A DNA stretch of 64,000 bases from the human T2T-CHM13v2.0 reference genome, Homo sapiens: the NCBI RefSeq assembly GCF_009914755.1, contig NC_060930.1. One strand, written 5' to 3'. Numbering within the stretch: the first letter of the stretch is position 1; each line of letters begins with the position of its first letter. Positions 17,836 to 34,529 of this stretch are shown here, piece after piece. The notes under the pieces were generated by a model that ran no database searches, was not told the DNA's origin, and saw only the letters and a list, made by a program, of their open reading frames with translations. The translations under genes and the position numbers were made by a program.

Positions 17836-19072
17836 TTTTAGGTTATACAGCCATACAAAGCAAGCTGTAATGAATTAATAAAAATCTTTTTCTATTCCAA
17901 GGCAAGAGGAAAGAATGATGGGTTAAAACATAGCCCTCACTAACTAATAAACAGCAAAATACAATTTCACTAGTAGAGATGCCTTTTTCCTTACTCTGTA
18001 AGTTAAAAGTGATACAAGGTTTTATCTTGTTTTATGTTTTCCTGAATCTTTCTATTAAAGACTCACATTCATGGAGTGACAGCATAATAAATGTTGTCCT
18101 CAAAAACACTTTTCTCAGAGCCATTGGATAAAGAGACATTTCTAATCCCAATCCTAGATGGAAACAGAGGACATCACATTAGTGGGGCTTTACACCCACT
18201 GTGGTCCAGATACAATACCCTAATCTTTTCTTCCTCCAGCTTTTCACTGAACTGTTGGCATTTTTCTCATTTATCATGTAGTTTCCCACCTTCCAAGATT
18301 CCCTCTAGGGTGCCATTCATTATTGCCAAATAATCTTAATATTTCCAGTTATGTTATAGTTATCCATTGAGACTGAGTTCAGGCATCAATTCCCAGAAGC
18401 ATTCCCTAAAAATCCATACTGAGCCTTTTAGCCTGCTTTGTTTGGCACTGTATCTGTACCACATTACTGTACTTGCTATATTATGTTGAAATTATCAGCA
18501 TATTGGTCAATTTGATATATTTCCTGCAAACTAGATTATAAGCTCCTAGAAGAAAAGAGCCATGCATTTTTGTTAATTGTCATATATCTGGCACTTAGAA
18601 GAGTAGGTACACATTAAATATTTACTGATACTCTAAGTTTGATAAGCCTTTGGAGTAACAAACCTGAGTTACACAAGCTGATTTTGTTGCATTCTGATGA
18701 TCTGACTTGATAAAGGGATTTAACACAATAAATCATGAATGCGTCTCCTTAGAAGAGGCCTCTTCCATATCAAGAGTGTCTATTTACCATAGGTCTATTC
18801 TGCAGATGGTATAAAATTGAGATAATTGGCACACATCTAAGTTCACATGTTTGTGTTTTTCTCATCTGGCTTATACTCCTGTGGTGATTCTTCTCCTCTA
18901 GGGAAAGTCATTATTTCCTCTTCTTAAGCTCTCTCTGTAAATGTGTGGTGTGGGCTGAAAGTTTATGTTCCCACCCCCCCCCCCACCAAATTTATATTAG
19001 TTTGATGCAAACAAATTGTGGTTTCAGACCGTGAATTTTAAATTATTATAACTAAGCTCAAACACGTCTTTG

Positions 19073-20416
<1,344 letters not shown>

Positions 20417-20583
20417 ATTCTAAAATAAACATGAACAGCAAGTAATAAGTCATTAGCAAAAAAAAAACATAAAGCGAGAAATGCACATTAAAATGATGTA
20501 CAAATAAGCACATTTATTTAAGAATGTATTCTAATATCAAACGGCAAATTTAAACAGTGCAAAAACTGTAATTACTTTTGCAC

Positions 20584-21177
20584 TGGCAGTGAGAATTTCA
20601 AGCCAGTGGATCTTAGCTTGTTGGGCTCTGTCGGGGTGGGATCCACTGAGCAAGACCACTCAGCCCCCTGGCTTCAGCCCCCTTTCCAGGGGAGTGAATG
20701 GTTTTGTCTCACAGGCATTCCAGGCACCACTGGGGTACAAGAAAACCAAAACAAACAACAACAACAAAAAACAACAAAAAAACTCCTGCAGCTAGCTCAG
20801 TGTCTCAGTGTCTGCCCAAACAGCCATCCAGCTTTGTGCTTGAAGCTCAGGGCCCTGGTGGTGTAGGCACCAGAGGGAATCTCCTGGTCTGTGGGTTGCA
20901 AAGACAGTGGGAAAAGTGTAGTATCTGGGCTGGATAGCTCTGTCCCTCATGGCTTCCCTTGGCTAGTGGAGGGAGTTTCCCCAACCCCTTTTGCTTCCCG
21001 GGTGAGGCAATGCCCCACCCTGCTTCTGCTCACCCTCCGTGGGCTGCACCCACTGTCTAACCAGTTCCAGTGAGATGAGCCAGGTATCTCAGTTGGAAAT
21101 GCAGAAATCCCTTGCCTTCTGCGTTGATCTCGCTGGGAGCTGCAGACTGGAGCTATTCCTGTTTGGACATCTTGCCT
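20584..21177 (-). mobile_element. Isolated 5'UTR of an L1PA7/8-like L1
   Basis: Homologous to the 5' end of the L1 at 41300-41640, plus the L1PA7/8-type segment GAATTTCAAGCCAGTGGATCTTAGC; the body is absent. Confidence 0.85.
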
Positions 21178-21664
21178 GGAGATAGCATTTTTATATTATA
21201 GAATCATGTCATCTGAGGACAGAGAACTTCATTAATTGAATACATTTAATAATTTACTTTTTCCCCCAATTTGGATATCTTTCATTGTTTGTTTTGACTA
21301 AGGGCTCTGGTTAGGACATCCAATACTATGTTGTATAAAACAGTGAGACTGGGCATCCTTGTCTTTTTGTTCTAATCTTAAATGAAAAACTTCAGTTTTC
21401 ACTATTAAGTATAATGTTAGCTGTGGGCTTCTCATAAATGGCCTTTATTATGTTGAGGCAGTTTCTTTGTTCCTGTGTTGCTAAGTGTTTTTTAAAATTA
21501 TTATTATTATGAGAGTTTGTTGAATCTTGTCAGATGCTTTTTCTGCAATTGAGATAATCATGTTGTTTTGTCCTTCATTCTGTTAATGAAGTGTATTACA
21601 TTAATCTATTTCTGTGTGTTAAATTATCCTTGCATTCCAGGAATAAATCCTACTTGTTCATGGT

Positions 21665-22296
21665 TGATATGGTTTGGCTGTGTCCCCACGCAAATCTTGT
21701 CTTGAATTCTAGTTCCCATAATCCCCACACGTTGTGGGAGGGACCCAGTGGGAAGTACTTGAATCACAGAGGTGGGATTTTTTTTGTGCTGTTCTCATGA
21801 TAGTTAATAAGTCTCATGAGATCTGATGGGTTTAAAAAGGGAAGTTCTTGGGAGGCTGAGGCAGGTGGCTCACCTGAGGTCAGGAATTCAAGACCAGCCT
21901 GGTCAACATGGTGAAAACCCATCTCTACTAAAAATACAAAAATTAGTGGGGCATGGTGGTGGGTGCCTGTAACTCTAGCTACTTGGGAGGCTGAGGTAGG
22001 AGAATTGCTTGAACTTGGGAGATGAAGGTTGCGGTGAGCTGAGATCAAGCCACTGCACTCCAGCATGGGCAACACAGTGAAACTCGGTATCAAGAAAAAA
22101 AAAAAAGGATGTTCCCCTGCACAAGCTCTCTTTCCTGCCGCCATGTAAGCTGTGCCTTTGCTTCTCCTTCGCCTTCTGCCACAATTGTGAGGCCTCCCCA
22201 GCCATGTGAAACTGTGAGTCCATTAAACCTCTTTTTCTTTATAAATTACCCAGTCTCAAGTGTTTCTTCATAGCAGTATGAAAATTGACCAGTACA
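21665..22296 (+). mobile_element. THE1C/D-type solo LTR containing an Alu
   Basis: TGATATGGTTTGGCTGTGTCCCCA...CAGTACA; near-TSD ATGGT/GTGGT. Confidence 0.9.
21848..22106 (+). mobile_element. 5'-truncated AluSx-like
   Basis: Alu body from TTGGGAGGCTGAGG to the A-tail; degenerate TSD AAAAGG..GTTC. Confidence 0.9.
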
Positions 22297-22397
22297 GTGG
22301 TGTATACCCCTTTTAATGTGCTGTTAAACTTGGTTTGCTAATATTAATATTTTGTTGATTTTTGAATCAATATTCATCAGGGATATTGATCTATAGA

Positions 22398-22755
22398 TTT
22401 CTTCTTCTTTCTTCTCTCTTCTTCCTTCTTCCTTCTCCTCCTCCTTCCTCCTCCTCCCCCTCCTCCTCTTGCCCTTCCTCCTCCTCCTCTTCATCCTCCT
22501 CTTCTTCTTTCTTCTTCCTCCTCCTCCCCCTCCTCCTCTTCCTCATCCTCCTTCTTTTTCTTTTCCTCTTCCTCCTCCTCCTTCTTGTTCTTCCTTCTCC
22601 TCCTCATCCTCTTTCTTTTTCTTTTCCTCTTCCTCCTCCTCCTTCTTCTTCTTCCTCCTCCTCCTCCTCCTCTTTTTCTTCTCCTCCTCCTCCTTCCTTT
22701 TCTTCTCCTTCCTCTTCTGCTTTTGCTGCTGCTTCTTCATTGTCATCATCATCGT
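22398..22755 (+). repeat. (CTT/CCT)n polypyrimidine low-complexity tract
   Basis: About 360 bp, nearly all C/T, in triplet units. Confidence 0.95.
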
Positions 22756-23807
22756 AGTTGTCTGTAGTGCCTTTGTCTGGCTTTGGTATCAGGTAATGCC
22801 TCATAGAAGAATCTTGGAAGTTCCCTCCTCTTCAATTTTTTGGAAAAGTTTTAAAAGAATTGATGTTACATCTTTAAATGTTTTGTAGAATTCTCCAGTG
22901 AAGCCATCTTTTCCTGGGCTTCTCTTTATTAGGAGGTTTTTGATTACTGATTCAATCTCTTTACTTTTTATTGGCCTGTTCAGATTTTCTATTTCTTCAT
23001 GAGTCAGTCTTAGTAGTTTTTATATGTCTAGGAATTTATCCATTTCTTTTAGGATATTCAATTTTTTGGTATGTACTTGCTTATGTTATTCTTTTACAAT
23101 TTTAAATATGTGTGGCATCAGTTGTAATATCCCCTCTTTGTTTCTGATTTTAGTTGTCTTTCTTTTTTTTAACATAATCTGCTTAAGAGGCTTTCCATTT
23201 TTTTGATCTTTTGTAAAACATTTTTTCGTTTTGTTGATTTTTTTCCTTTTGTTTGCCTATTCTTGCTTTATTTATCTCTGCTCTAATTTTTATTATTTTT
23301 TTCCTTCTGCTAATTTTGGGCTCAGTTTTTTTCCCCTAGTTTCCTTAGGTGCAGTGTTAGGTTGTTAATTTTTTTTTAAATGTATGCATTTACAGATATA
23401 ATCTTCTCTCTTAGCACTGCTTTCACTGCATTACATAAATTTTGGTATGTTGTATTTTTATTTTCCTCTGTTACAAGGTATTATATAATTTCCTTTGTTA
23501 CTTCTTCTTTGACCCATAGGTTATTTAAGAGTCCACTGTTTAGCTTTCACATATTTGTAGATTTTTTAGTTTACCTTGTGCTTTTTATTTACAGTTTCAT
23601 TCTATTGTGATTGAAAAAATACTTTGTATGATTTCAGTAAACTTGAAATTGTTGAAGATTTGTTTTATGGCCCATTAAAGCTTCATTTTCTGCCTTAATA
23701 TGTAGTCTATCTGGGGGAATGTTCTATGTGCACTTGAGAAGAATGTATATTCTGCTGCTGTTGGGTGGAATGTTCTGTATATGTCTGTTAGGTCCAATTG
23801 GTATATA

Positions 23808-26210
23808 CAGACATACCTTGGAGATATTGTGGGTTCAATCACAGACCACAAGATCACAACGAAGCAAGTCACAGATGTTTTGGTTTCACAGCACATATGT
23901 TATGTTAACACTATACTATAGTCAAATGTGCAATAATATTATTTCTAAAAAGATGTACATACTTTAATTAAAAAATACTCTATGGCTAAAAAATGCTGAT
24001 GATTATCTGAGCCTTTAGTGATTTATAATATTTTTGCTTGTGGAGGGTCTTGCCTTTATGTTGATGGTTGCTGACTGATCAGGGTGGTGGTTGCTGAAGG
24101 TTGAAGTGGCTGTGGCAATTTGTTAAACTAAGACAACAGTAAAATTTGCTATCTCAATTGACTCTTTCTTTCATAAAATATTTCCCTGTAGCATGCAATG
24201 CTTCTTGATAGCATTTTACCCTATAGTAGAATTCTCTTAAAATTGAAGTCAAATCTCTGCAATGTTGCTACTGATATATCAACTATGTTTATGTAATTTT
24301 CTAAGTTCTTTGTTGTCATTTCAGTAATGTTCATAGCATCTGCACCAGGAATAGACTCCATCTCAGGGAACTACTTTTTATGCTCATTCCTTAAAAGCAA
24401 CTCTTCATCATTCAAGTTTGATAATGAAATTTTAGCAATTCTGCCACCTCTTTTGATTCCACTTCTAATTTTGTTCTCTTGCTATTTTTACCACTTTTTT
24501 AGTTATTTCCTCTGCTGAAGTCTTGAACCTTTCAAAGTTATCCATAAGAGCTGGAATGAACTTTTGAAAATTTCTTTTAATGTTGACATCTTGAACTCTT
24601 CCCGCGAATTACAAACGTTCTTAATAGCATCTAGACTGGTGAATTCTTTCCAGAAGGGTTTAAATTTACTTTGCCCAGATCCATCAAATGAATCATTCTT
24701 TATGGCAGTTATAGCCTTATAAATGTATTTTTTAAATAATAAGATTTAAATGTTGAAATTACCCCTTGATCTATGAGTTGCAGAATGGATGTTGTGTTAG
24801 TAGGCACAAAAACAACATTAATTTCCCTGGATATCCCCATAAAAGCTCTTAGATGACTAGGAGTATTGTCAATGAACAGTAATATTTTAAAACAAAATCT
24901 TTTTCTTTGATCAGTGGGTCTCAACAATGGACTTAAAATATTCAATAAGCCATGCTGTCAGTGAATGTGCTGTTATCTAGGCTTTGTTGTTTCATTTATA
25001 GAGCACAAGCAGAGTAGATTTGGCATAATTCTTAAGGTTCTAGGATTTTTCAGAATGGTAATAATTTTGCAAAATGGATTTTCAAGTGGTAAATGAGCAT
25101 TTGTTTCTAGCTAAAGTTACCAGCTGTGTTAACACCTAATTAGAGAGTCATCCTCATTGTAAGAGTCAGTGATTTTCTCCTTAGCTCTGAAAGTGGTAGA
25201 TGACATCTTCTTCCAATATAAGGTTGTTTTGTCTACATTAAAAATCTGTTGCTAAGTGTAACCACCTGAATTAATGATCTTGGCTACGTCTTCTGGATAA
25301 CTTGCTACAGTTACTACAAAAGTAATTGCTGCTCCATCTTGCACTTTTATGTTATGGAGTTAATTTCTTTCCTTCAACCTCATGAACCAAACTCTACTAG
25401 CTCCCAGCTTTTCTTCTGCAGTTTCCTCACCTCTCTTAGCCTTCGTAAAATTGAAGAGAGTGAGGATCTTGCTCTTGATTAGCTTTGGTTTAAGGGCGTG
25501 TTCTGGCTTGTTTGAACTATTCAGACCACTCAAACTGTTTTCCTTTCAGTAAGAAGGCTGTTTTCCTTTCTTATTATTCATGTGTTCACTAGAGTAGCAC
25601 TTTTCATTTTTTATAAGAATTTTTTTTTTGTTTTTGCATTCACAACTTGCTAACTGGTACAAGAGGACCAGCTTTTGCCCTGTCTCAGCTTTGGACATGC
25701 TTTTCCATTAAGCTTAATCATTTGTAGGTTTTGATTTCAAAGCAGATATGTGCAAATTTTTCTTTATTTGAACACTTAGATGCCATGGCAGGATTTCTAT
25801 TGACCTAATTTCGTTATTTTTGTGTCTCTGAGAATATGGAGATCCAAGGGGATGAAGAGAGATAAGGGATTAACTGGTCAGCAGAGCAGTCAGAACATAT
25901 ACAACATTTATCAATCAGTTTCACTGTTTTATATGGGAATGGTTTGTGGGGCCTCAAATAAATTATAATAGTAACATCAAAGATCACTGACCACAGATCA
26001 CCCTACAGATATAATAATAATGATGATAAAGGTTGAAATATTGTGAGAATTACTAAAATGTGACATGAGGCACAAGGTGAGCACATACTGTAAGAAAAAT
26101 GGTTTCAATAGGTTTGCTTGATGCGAGGTTGCCACAAACCTTCAATTTGTAAGAAACACAATATTTGTGAAGCAAAATAAAGCAAACTGTAATAAAATGA
26201 AGTACATCTG
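23808..26210 (-). mobile_element. Tigger1 DNA transposon, full length, decayed transposase
   Basis: About 2.4 kb; TIRs CAGACATACC / AAGTACATCTG after TA; pogo-type peptide [39 protein letters not shown]. Confidence 0.9.
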
Positions 26211-26676
26211 TGTTATTTAAATCCCCTGTTTTCTTATTGATATTCTGTCTGGTTATTCTATTCACTATTGAAAGTATTGAAGTCTCCTACTACTATTTTG
26301 CTGTTATTTCTCACTCCAATTGTGTCAAAGTTTGCTTCGTATATTTTTATTTGGAAACTTGGATATTTGGTGCATAAATACTTATGATTATTATATCTTT
26401 CTGGAAAAGTTACTCTTTTATCATTCTAAATGCCCTTCTTAGTCTCTTATAACAGTTTTTGATTTGAAGGCTGTTTTGTCTACTATACCAATATTAGGCA
26501 CTAGTATAGCCACTCCTGCTGTTTTTGATTGCCATTTGCATGGAGTATCTTTTCCTATCTTTTCATTTTCATCTTACATGTGTTCTTAGATGTAAAGTGA
26601 GTATCTTTTAGAAAGCAGATAGCTGGGTCCTATGTTTTTTATCCATTCAGTCAATCTCTGTTCTTTGATTGGACAG

Positions 26677-27342
<666 letters not shown>

Positions 27343-29879
27343 GACAGTTGATTCTATTTACATTTAAAGTAATTACTGATGATAAAAGAATTACAATTGC
27401 CATTTTGTTAACTGTTGTTTGTATATCTTACAGCTTCTCTGTTTCTCCTTTCTCTCTGCTTTTGTGTTTTGTTGATCTTCTGTAATGATGTGCTTTGATT
27501 TACTTCTTATTTCCTTTTGGATATATTACATAGATATTTTCTTTGTGGTTTTCATTGCAATTACATAAAACATCTTAAGTTATAGCATTTTATTTTAAAC
27601 AGATAACAAGTACGTTTAACACACACAACAACCCTACTTCTTAACAGTTCCACCTCCCCTACTTTATGTTGTTGAGGTTACAATTTACATTTTCATTTTC
27701 ATATATTGTATTCTCACTAATATGACTTTATAGCTTTTGAATTTTTGTCATTTAAGTTTTATGCATCAAAATTACAATAATACAAGTCACGATATTTGTC
27801 TATAAATTTACCTTTACGAGAGTACCTTATATTTTCACATCGTGTCAAATGGCTGTCTACTATCCTTTTGTTTCAACTTGAAGGGCACCTGTTAGTTAAC
27901 CTTTCTTGTAGAGCAGGTCGAGTGGTAATGAACTCCCTCACCTTTTGCTTGGTCTGGGAAAATCTTAATTTCTCATTCATTTTTGAAGGATGGGATGTTT
28001 TTGCTGGATACAGTATTTATTGATGATAGTTTTGTTTTCCTTTCTACACTTTGAATGAATTATTCTACTTCCTTCTAGCCTGCAAAGTTTCTGCTGAGAA
28101 ATCCCCTGATAATCTTATGGAAACTCCTTTATATGTGATGAATCTCTTTTTTCCTTTCTGTGTTCAAGATTCTTTGTCTTTGGCTTTAAACAGTTTGATT
28201 ATAAGATACATCTGTGTTGTTCTCTTGGGATTTACATTGGTTGGAGTTTTTTCAGCTTCTTGAATCCACATGTCCGTTTCTTTCTTCAGATCTCGGCTAT
28301 TTTCAGCCATTATTTTTTCAAATAAGCTCTCTCCCCCTTCTTTCTCTCCTCTCCTCCTAGTATTCTCATATGTATATATTGGTCCACTTAATAGTGTCCC
28401 ATAGGCTCTTTTCACTTTTCTTTACTCTTTTTTATGTTTGATTCTCTGATTCAATCATCTCAACTGACTTGTCTTCAAGTTTGCTCATTATTTCATCTTA
28501 GTGATAAAGTTTGCTGTTTCATTCTTTAAAATACATTTTTAGTTTAATTGTTGAAATTTTCAGCTCCAGAATTTCTGTGTTTAAAAAAAATAGTTTCCAT
28601 TGACTTGTCCATATTCTAATTTTGGTCACAGATTGTTTTTGGTTTTGTTTAGTCATTTATCTGTATTCTCTTTTAGCTCATTGAGTATTTTTATGATAGT
28701 TATTTTAAATTCATTTTTAGACAGCTCACAGATTTATGTTTCTTTAGGATTAGTTTCTGGAGTTTGTTCCTTTGATTGTGCCATGTTTTTTCTTTGTATG
28801 CCTTGTAATTTGTTTGTTTGTTTGCTGGGATTTGGGAATTTGAAAAAACAACCACCCTCTCCCAGTTATGTACTGCCTTCAAGCAGGGAAGACTTTGCCT
28901 ATGAGCCTAGCTAGAAGTGAAAGAGCTTCAAACCTTTTATGATCTCTGGCTCTCTCTGGTGTTTTTCTGAGGAACTGCAGCCTAACATGCTACTAGCCTC
29001 TGTTTTCAGCAGCTTCTAAACTCTCCCAGTCAGGTGAGAAAGAGATCAGTCCCCAAGACAGCTCTCAGATAAACCAGAACATTGGAAACGTGGTCAACTC
29101 TCCTGTTTTTGGCAAAAGCCCCAATATGGGAGAGGAGTTCTTTCTAATTGTTCTGCAATATGCCATTTAGTGGGAGACACATGAACAGACACATCAAATG
29201 CTGCAAATTTCCTTACTTCTTTCTTTGAAATCCTGTCTTGGTTTTACAATGGCTTACTTAAGTGATGTATCTACTCAATTTGCCTCTGTGGTTCTCACAG
29301 GATATTCTGTTATTGTCAACTCAGTGTCTATGAGGGAAGGAGAACTTTTAGCTTTCTAGTCTGCCATCTTGCTGAAATGACCTTAAGAGTGGGTGACTTT
29401 AAAATATCATACGTGTATAGGAAAAAGGCTGAACATTGTAAGGGAGCTATACAAAAATTGAATTATTGCCTCTTTAATATTACAAAAGAAAATATGTATG
29501 TGAAATTTTTTGAAAACATGGGAATTCTCTGTAAATACAAAATTAGTTTCTGCTGCCCCGTCATGTCCACATGTGCAGATGAACCCTTTAGAGATTGAAA
29601 AATATGCTATCACTATTGCTGGATTGTTCTATGACAAGAGAAAAGTTTGGAAGTTCAGGCACACAAAGAGTAACAGAAAGAGGGCATTAACTAGATGATT
29701 TCATCATTGTAGTTACCTATAAATCTACTTCATTATACAGGGAAGAAAGCTTCATATATCCTAAACTGATTTATCAAATCCAGACTCAATTTTCCTGTTT
29801 TTATCTGAAAACCACTACTTGTGGACACTTGAACTTGTTGGTTCTTTAAATGTTCTTTATCCTTCTGCCTGGGATACAG

Positions 29880-30445
29880 CATAATTGCTTCAATTTCCTA
29901 TGCTGCCTTCTCCTGGTTAATTCCTACTCAGCTTTTGAGACCCATCCCAGGTGTCTCCACCTCCTTCCACTCCCCACCTTTCACTTCTGGTAAGGTTTTC
30001 CTAACTATGAGCTAGATGCACCTTCTATTTTCCCAGGGATAGCACATTGTTCTCTAATTGTCTATATTCTTATTTCTTTCAAATACTAGACTGTGAATTG
30101 CTTAAGGCTGGGAATTTATACCGTTAATCTTTGTGGCTTTAGCACTCAGCATTGTGCTTGGCACAAAGTAGCTTAATAATTGTTGAATGAATGTAGGCAA
30201 AAAGACAGATCTGAGTTTAAATCCTGGCTGTTCCACTTGCCAGCTCTATGATGCAATGTTACTTGACTTTTGTGTAGCTCTATGATACAGACTTACCACA
30301 TTTTCAGTCCTTTAGTTTTCTCATCTCTAAAATTAGCTTGACGCCTCCATAAATGTTTGCTGTGAGGATCAAATGAGAGCTTCAGTGTAGAACATTTATG
30401 CAGCCTCATAGATAATAAACAGGCAGTAAATGGTAGCTATAATGT
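29880..30445. mobile_element. L2 3' end followed by MIR (degraded)
   Basis: CTAGACTGTGA...TGTTGAATGAATG L2 tail; GAGTTTAAATCCTGGCT...TTTTCTCATCTCTAAAAT MIR core. Confidence 0.6.
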
Positions 30446-30654
30446 AGCTTGTTATCCTTAAATTGCAGATAACAATTAACTAAGGTGAAATGAGAAAAAT
30501 AAAGTATCTACATGCTTCCACCTAGTTTAATCAACATACTCCAAGATGGGGAACTAAGTAATTAATTCCAAATGTGTATCTTTCAGCAAATTAGTTCTCT
30601 ATCACTCTTTTGTTTATTTAATACTTTATTAAATGGTTACATTTTTAGCAGCTT

Positions 30655-31752
<1,098 letters not shown>

Positions 31753-34209
31753 TAAATGTACACCATCAATACCAATTTCTGATCTAAGTAATGTATATAA
31801 AATAAGTACTTGGCAAAGAAAAGAAATGATTTTCTCTATTGTCTCACACTATAATGCATTTTCTTTTTCAGAGTGTAGGAGACTTCATGTACTGTTTTAT
31901 TTGTAGAATTTTCTTGCTTATGTTTTAAAATCAATGCGAGAACAACTTTATTTTGAGGTGAGTTTATTTTGAATTGGATTACTCAAGAAACAAGAACAAT
32001 TTACAACTCTAAAGCTAACTCGTGAGAACATTGCCTGATTATATTCAGATAATGTTTAAATTTTGCTTCCTTTCTCATGGGTCTGCCTTTTCCTCTTATT
32101 ACTGTTTTTCAACTGGTCTGTGCCTAAAATCTTATCTCTATATTGTATGGTCCTCAGATCTTCTAGTGCTTACTTCTTATCTTCTATACATCTTATTTAG
32201 GCTTCCTACTTCCTGTCCCTTCTATCAACCATCCTCTCTGTCTTTCTTTTATGCTTATCACATCTTGTATTTTGGAAACTTCTACCCACTTACCTCCTCT
32301 CTCCCCCAACTGCCAATATATATAAACTTCATCTGTGACCTTATTACTTCTCAGATAATCTATTTTTTAAATAATGACAGCAATAATAATATTAACTAAT
32401 GAACTAATCTATGCCCAGGTTCTGGTATATTATATTTTTTATATATAATATATATAATACTAACATATATAACATATTATATACAATTGAGGCCAACCTT
32501 ACAATCACCCCAGTTATTGGCCTAGAGGACTTTTCTACACCACAGCACAGGGAGATGGACCCATATATAGCATGATAATCTCTCTGGTTGTGGGGACATA
32601 GATTGGAATTTTGGTTGGCTAAGGCAGATGTGCTAAATGTAGTTATGCATGAATAAGGTGAAATTTTATGAGGTAAAGAAGAATTGGTCATCTTTAGGTT
32701 GAGCATTTTCCTGAGTTCACATAGGGCCAAGAGATTTCAAGTTCTGAGTATCCAGCGTAAAAAGATCTCGTTGTATGCAGGGAATACAGTAAAGACCCTG
32801 GAAACATGGCACTGTGGTAGAACGGCTAAACTAGCACTAGCACGGAGGCTACTCAAGCCCCACCATACCAATGCATAAAAGCAAGTCTCAAAAGACTTAC
32901 ACTGGTTCATAAATAACTACCAGCCAAATACAATACTTTCATTGGAAAAATATATAATATAATATATAAAATTATCTCGCTATTTTGCCCTGGCTGGACT
33001 TGAGCCACTGAGCTCAAGTGATCCTCCCACTTCAGCCTCCAGAGTAACTAGAACTACAGACAGGGACCGCTGTGCCAGGCCCCTCATTTTTGAATGAGAA
33101 AAGATTCAGGAAGGGTAACTTTGAATTAAAAGTATTGATATTATTTCTATATATGTGTGATTAATAAAAGTGAAGGCTAAGGAAAGAGTTTCAGCGAATA
33201 TTCATTTACATTTTCTCCAGATTTGTGATATCCTCTCCCTTCAACACACATGTATTACCTCATACAGATATTTCATAGTTGCTATAATGCATTCATAATG
33301 GTCAGTTCTGCTCTTAGTGAAAATAGATGCATTTTTAGTGTTGGGGTAATTTATAGAATACCCTCAGCCTGTCCTCTCTCTCTCTTCTCTCTCTCTTCTT
33401 TACATCTAACTGTGGAGATCTGTTTTTAATCAATCTACGTCTGCAGAACAAGTTTGGTCTTTGTAAAATTAATTAATTAATTTGTGTTTATCTTCAGAGA
33501 CTTTACATTTTGGTAGGAGTTTTACTCATCAGAACAATAATTTTTCAAGCAGTTTGACTTTAGGTTCCCAATTTAAAATTTAGGTTTTTAAACATAATTA
33601 GTAAATCACTGGCTGCTCTCTTTTTCTTTCTTCCCTAAAAAAGGTTCAATTATGAGTTCCTTTTATATAATCACTATTCATTCAAACAATATTACAATAG
33701 TTCTTTACTATTTTATTAGTAAAATATGACACATTTGTCTGGTTATGTAGTTAATTACTAAAATGACAGCTATTACATTTTGATTCTGTTGTCCTATGCT
33801 GCCATGGATTCCAACCACAGTCTGTCCAGTAAAAAATCTAAAAACCTTCCAGCATGATGCCTTCTTCCTCTTTTGAGGCTCTTCTCTTAGTCCTGCTTGC
33901 ACTTGCTGACTGTTGTTCTTTTCAAGAAACCTGGACAGAGGAGAAGTAAACTGTTGAAAAGTTAGGCACACAGGCTTGAGAATTAAACATGTTTAAGTTT
34001 AAGCCCTAGCTCTACCCCTTGTTAGTAGTATGACTCTGAGAAAGTTTCTTAAATGGTCTAAGCTGTGGTTTCCTCATCTTCAAAATAAGAATCATGACAT
34101 CAGTCGGGTTTGTAATCTAATGAACTAATATCTATAAAGCACAAGTACTGTACTTGGCACTTTGAGTCAATTGATAAGCTTCAGAAGGTCTGTGAACATC
34201 ATGACACTC

Positions 34210-34529
34210 TAATGTTTTCAGTTGCAATTTTCTTTTTCTTTTAGACAGAATCTGACAGAGTAAGACTCTGTCACCCAAGTTGAAGCGCAGTGGCGATCTC
34301 AGCTCACTGCAGCCTCCACCTCCAGGATTCAATTGATCCTCCTGCCTCAGCCTCCCAAGTAGCTGGGATTACAAGCATGTGCCACCATGCCCAGCTAATT
34401 TTTGTACTTTCAGTAGAGACGGAGTTTCACCATGGTAGTCAGGCTGGTCCCAAACTCGTGACCTCAAGTGATCCACCTGCCTTGGCCTCCCAAAGTGTTA
34501 AGATTACAGGCGTGAGCACTGTGCCCAGC
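34210..34529 (-). mobile_element. AluS-like
   Basis: Full dimer; TSD approximately TGCAATTT. Confidence 0.88.

Noticed and set aside
22362-22888. Poly-Ser/Leu/Glu/Lys ORFs of 60-139 aa
   Set aside because: Artefacts of the stop-free CTT/CCT tract.
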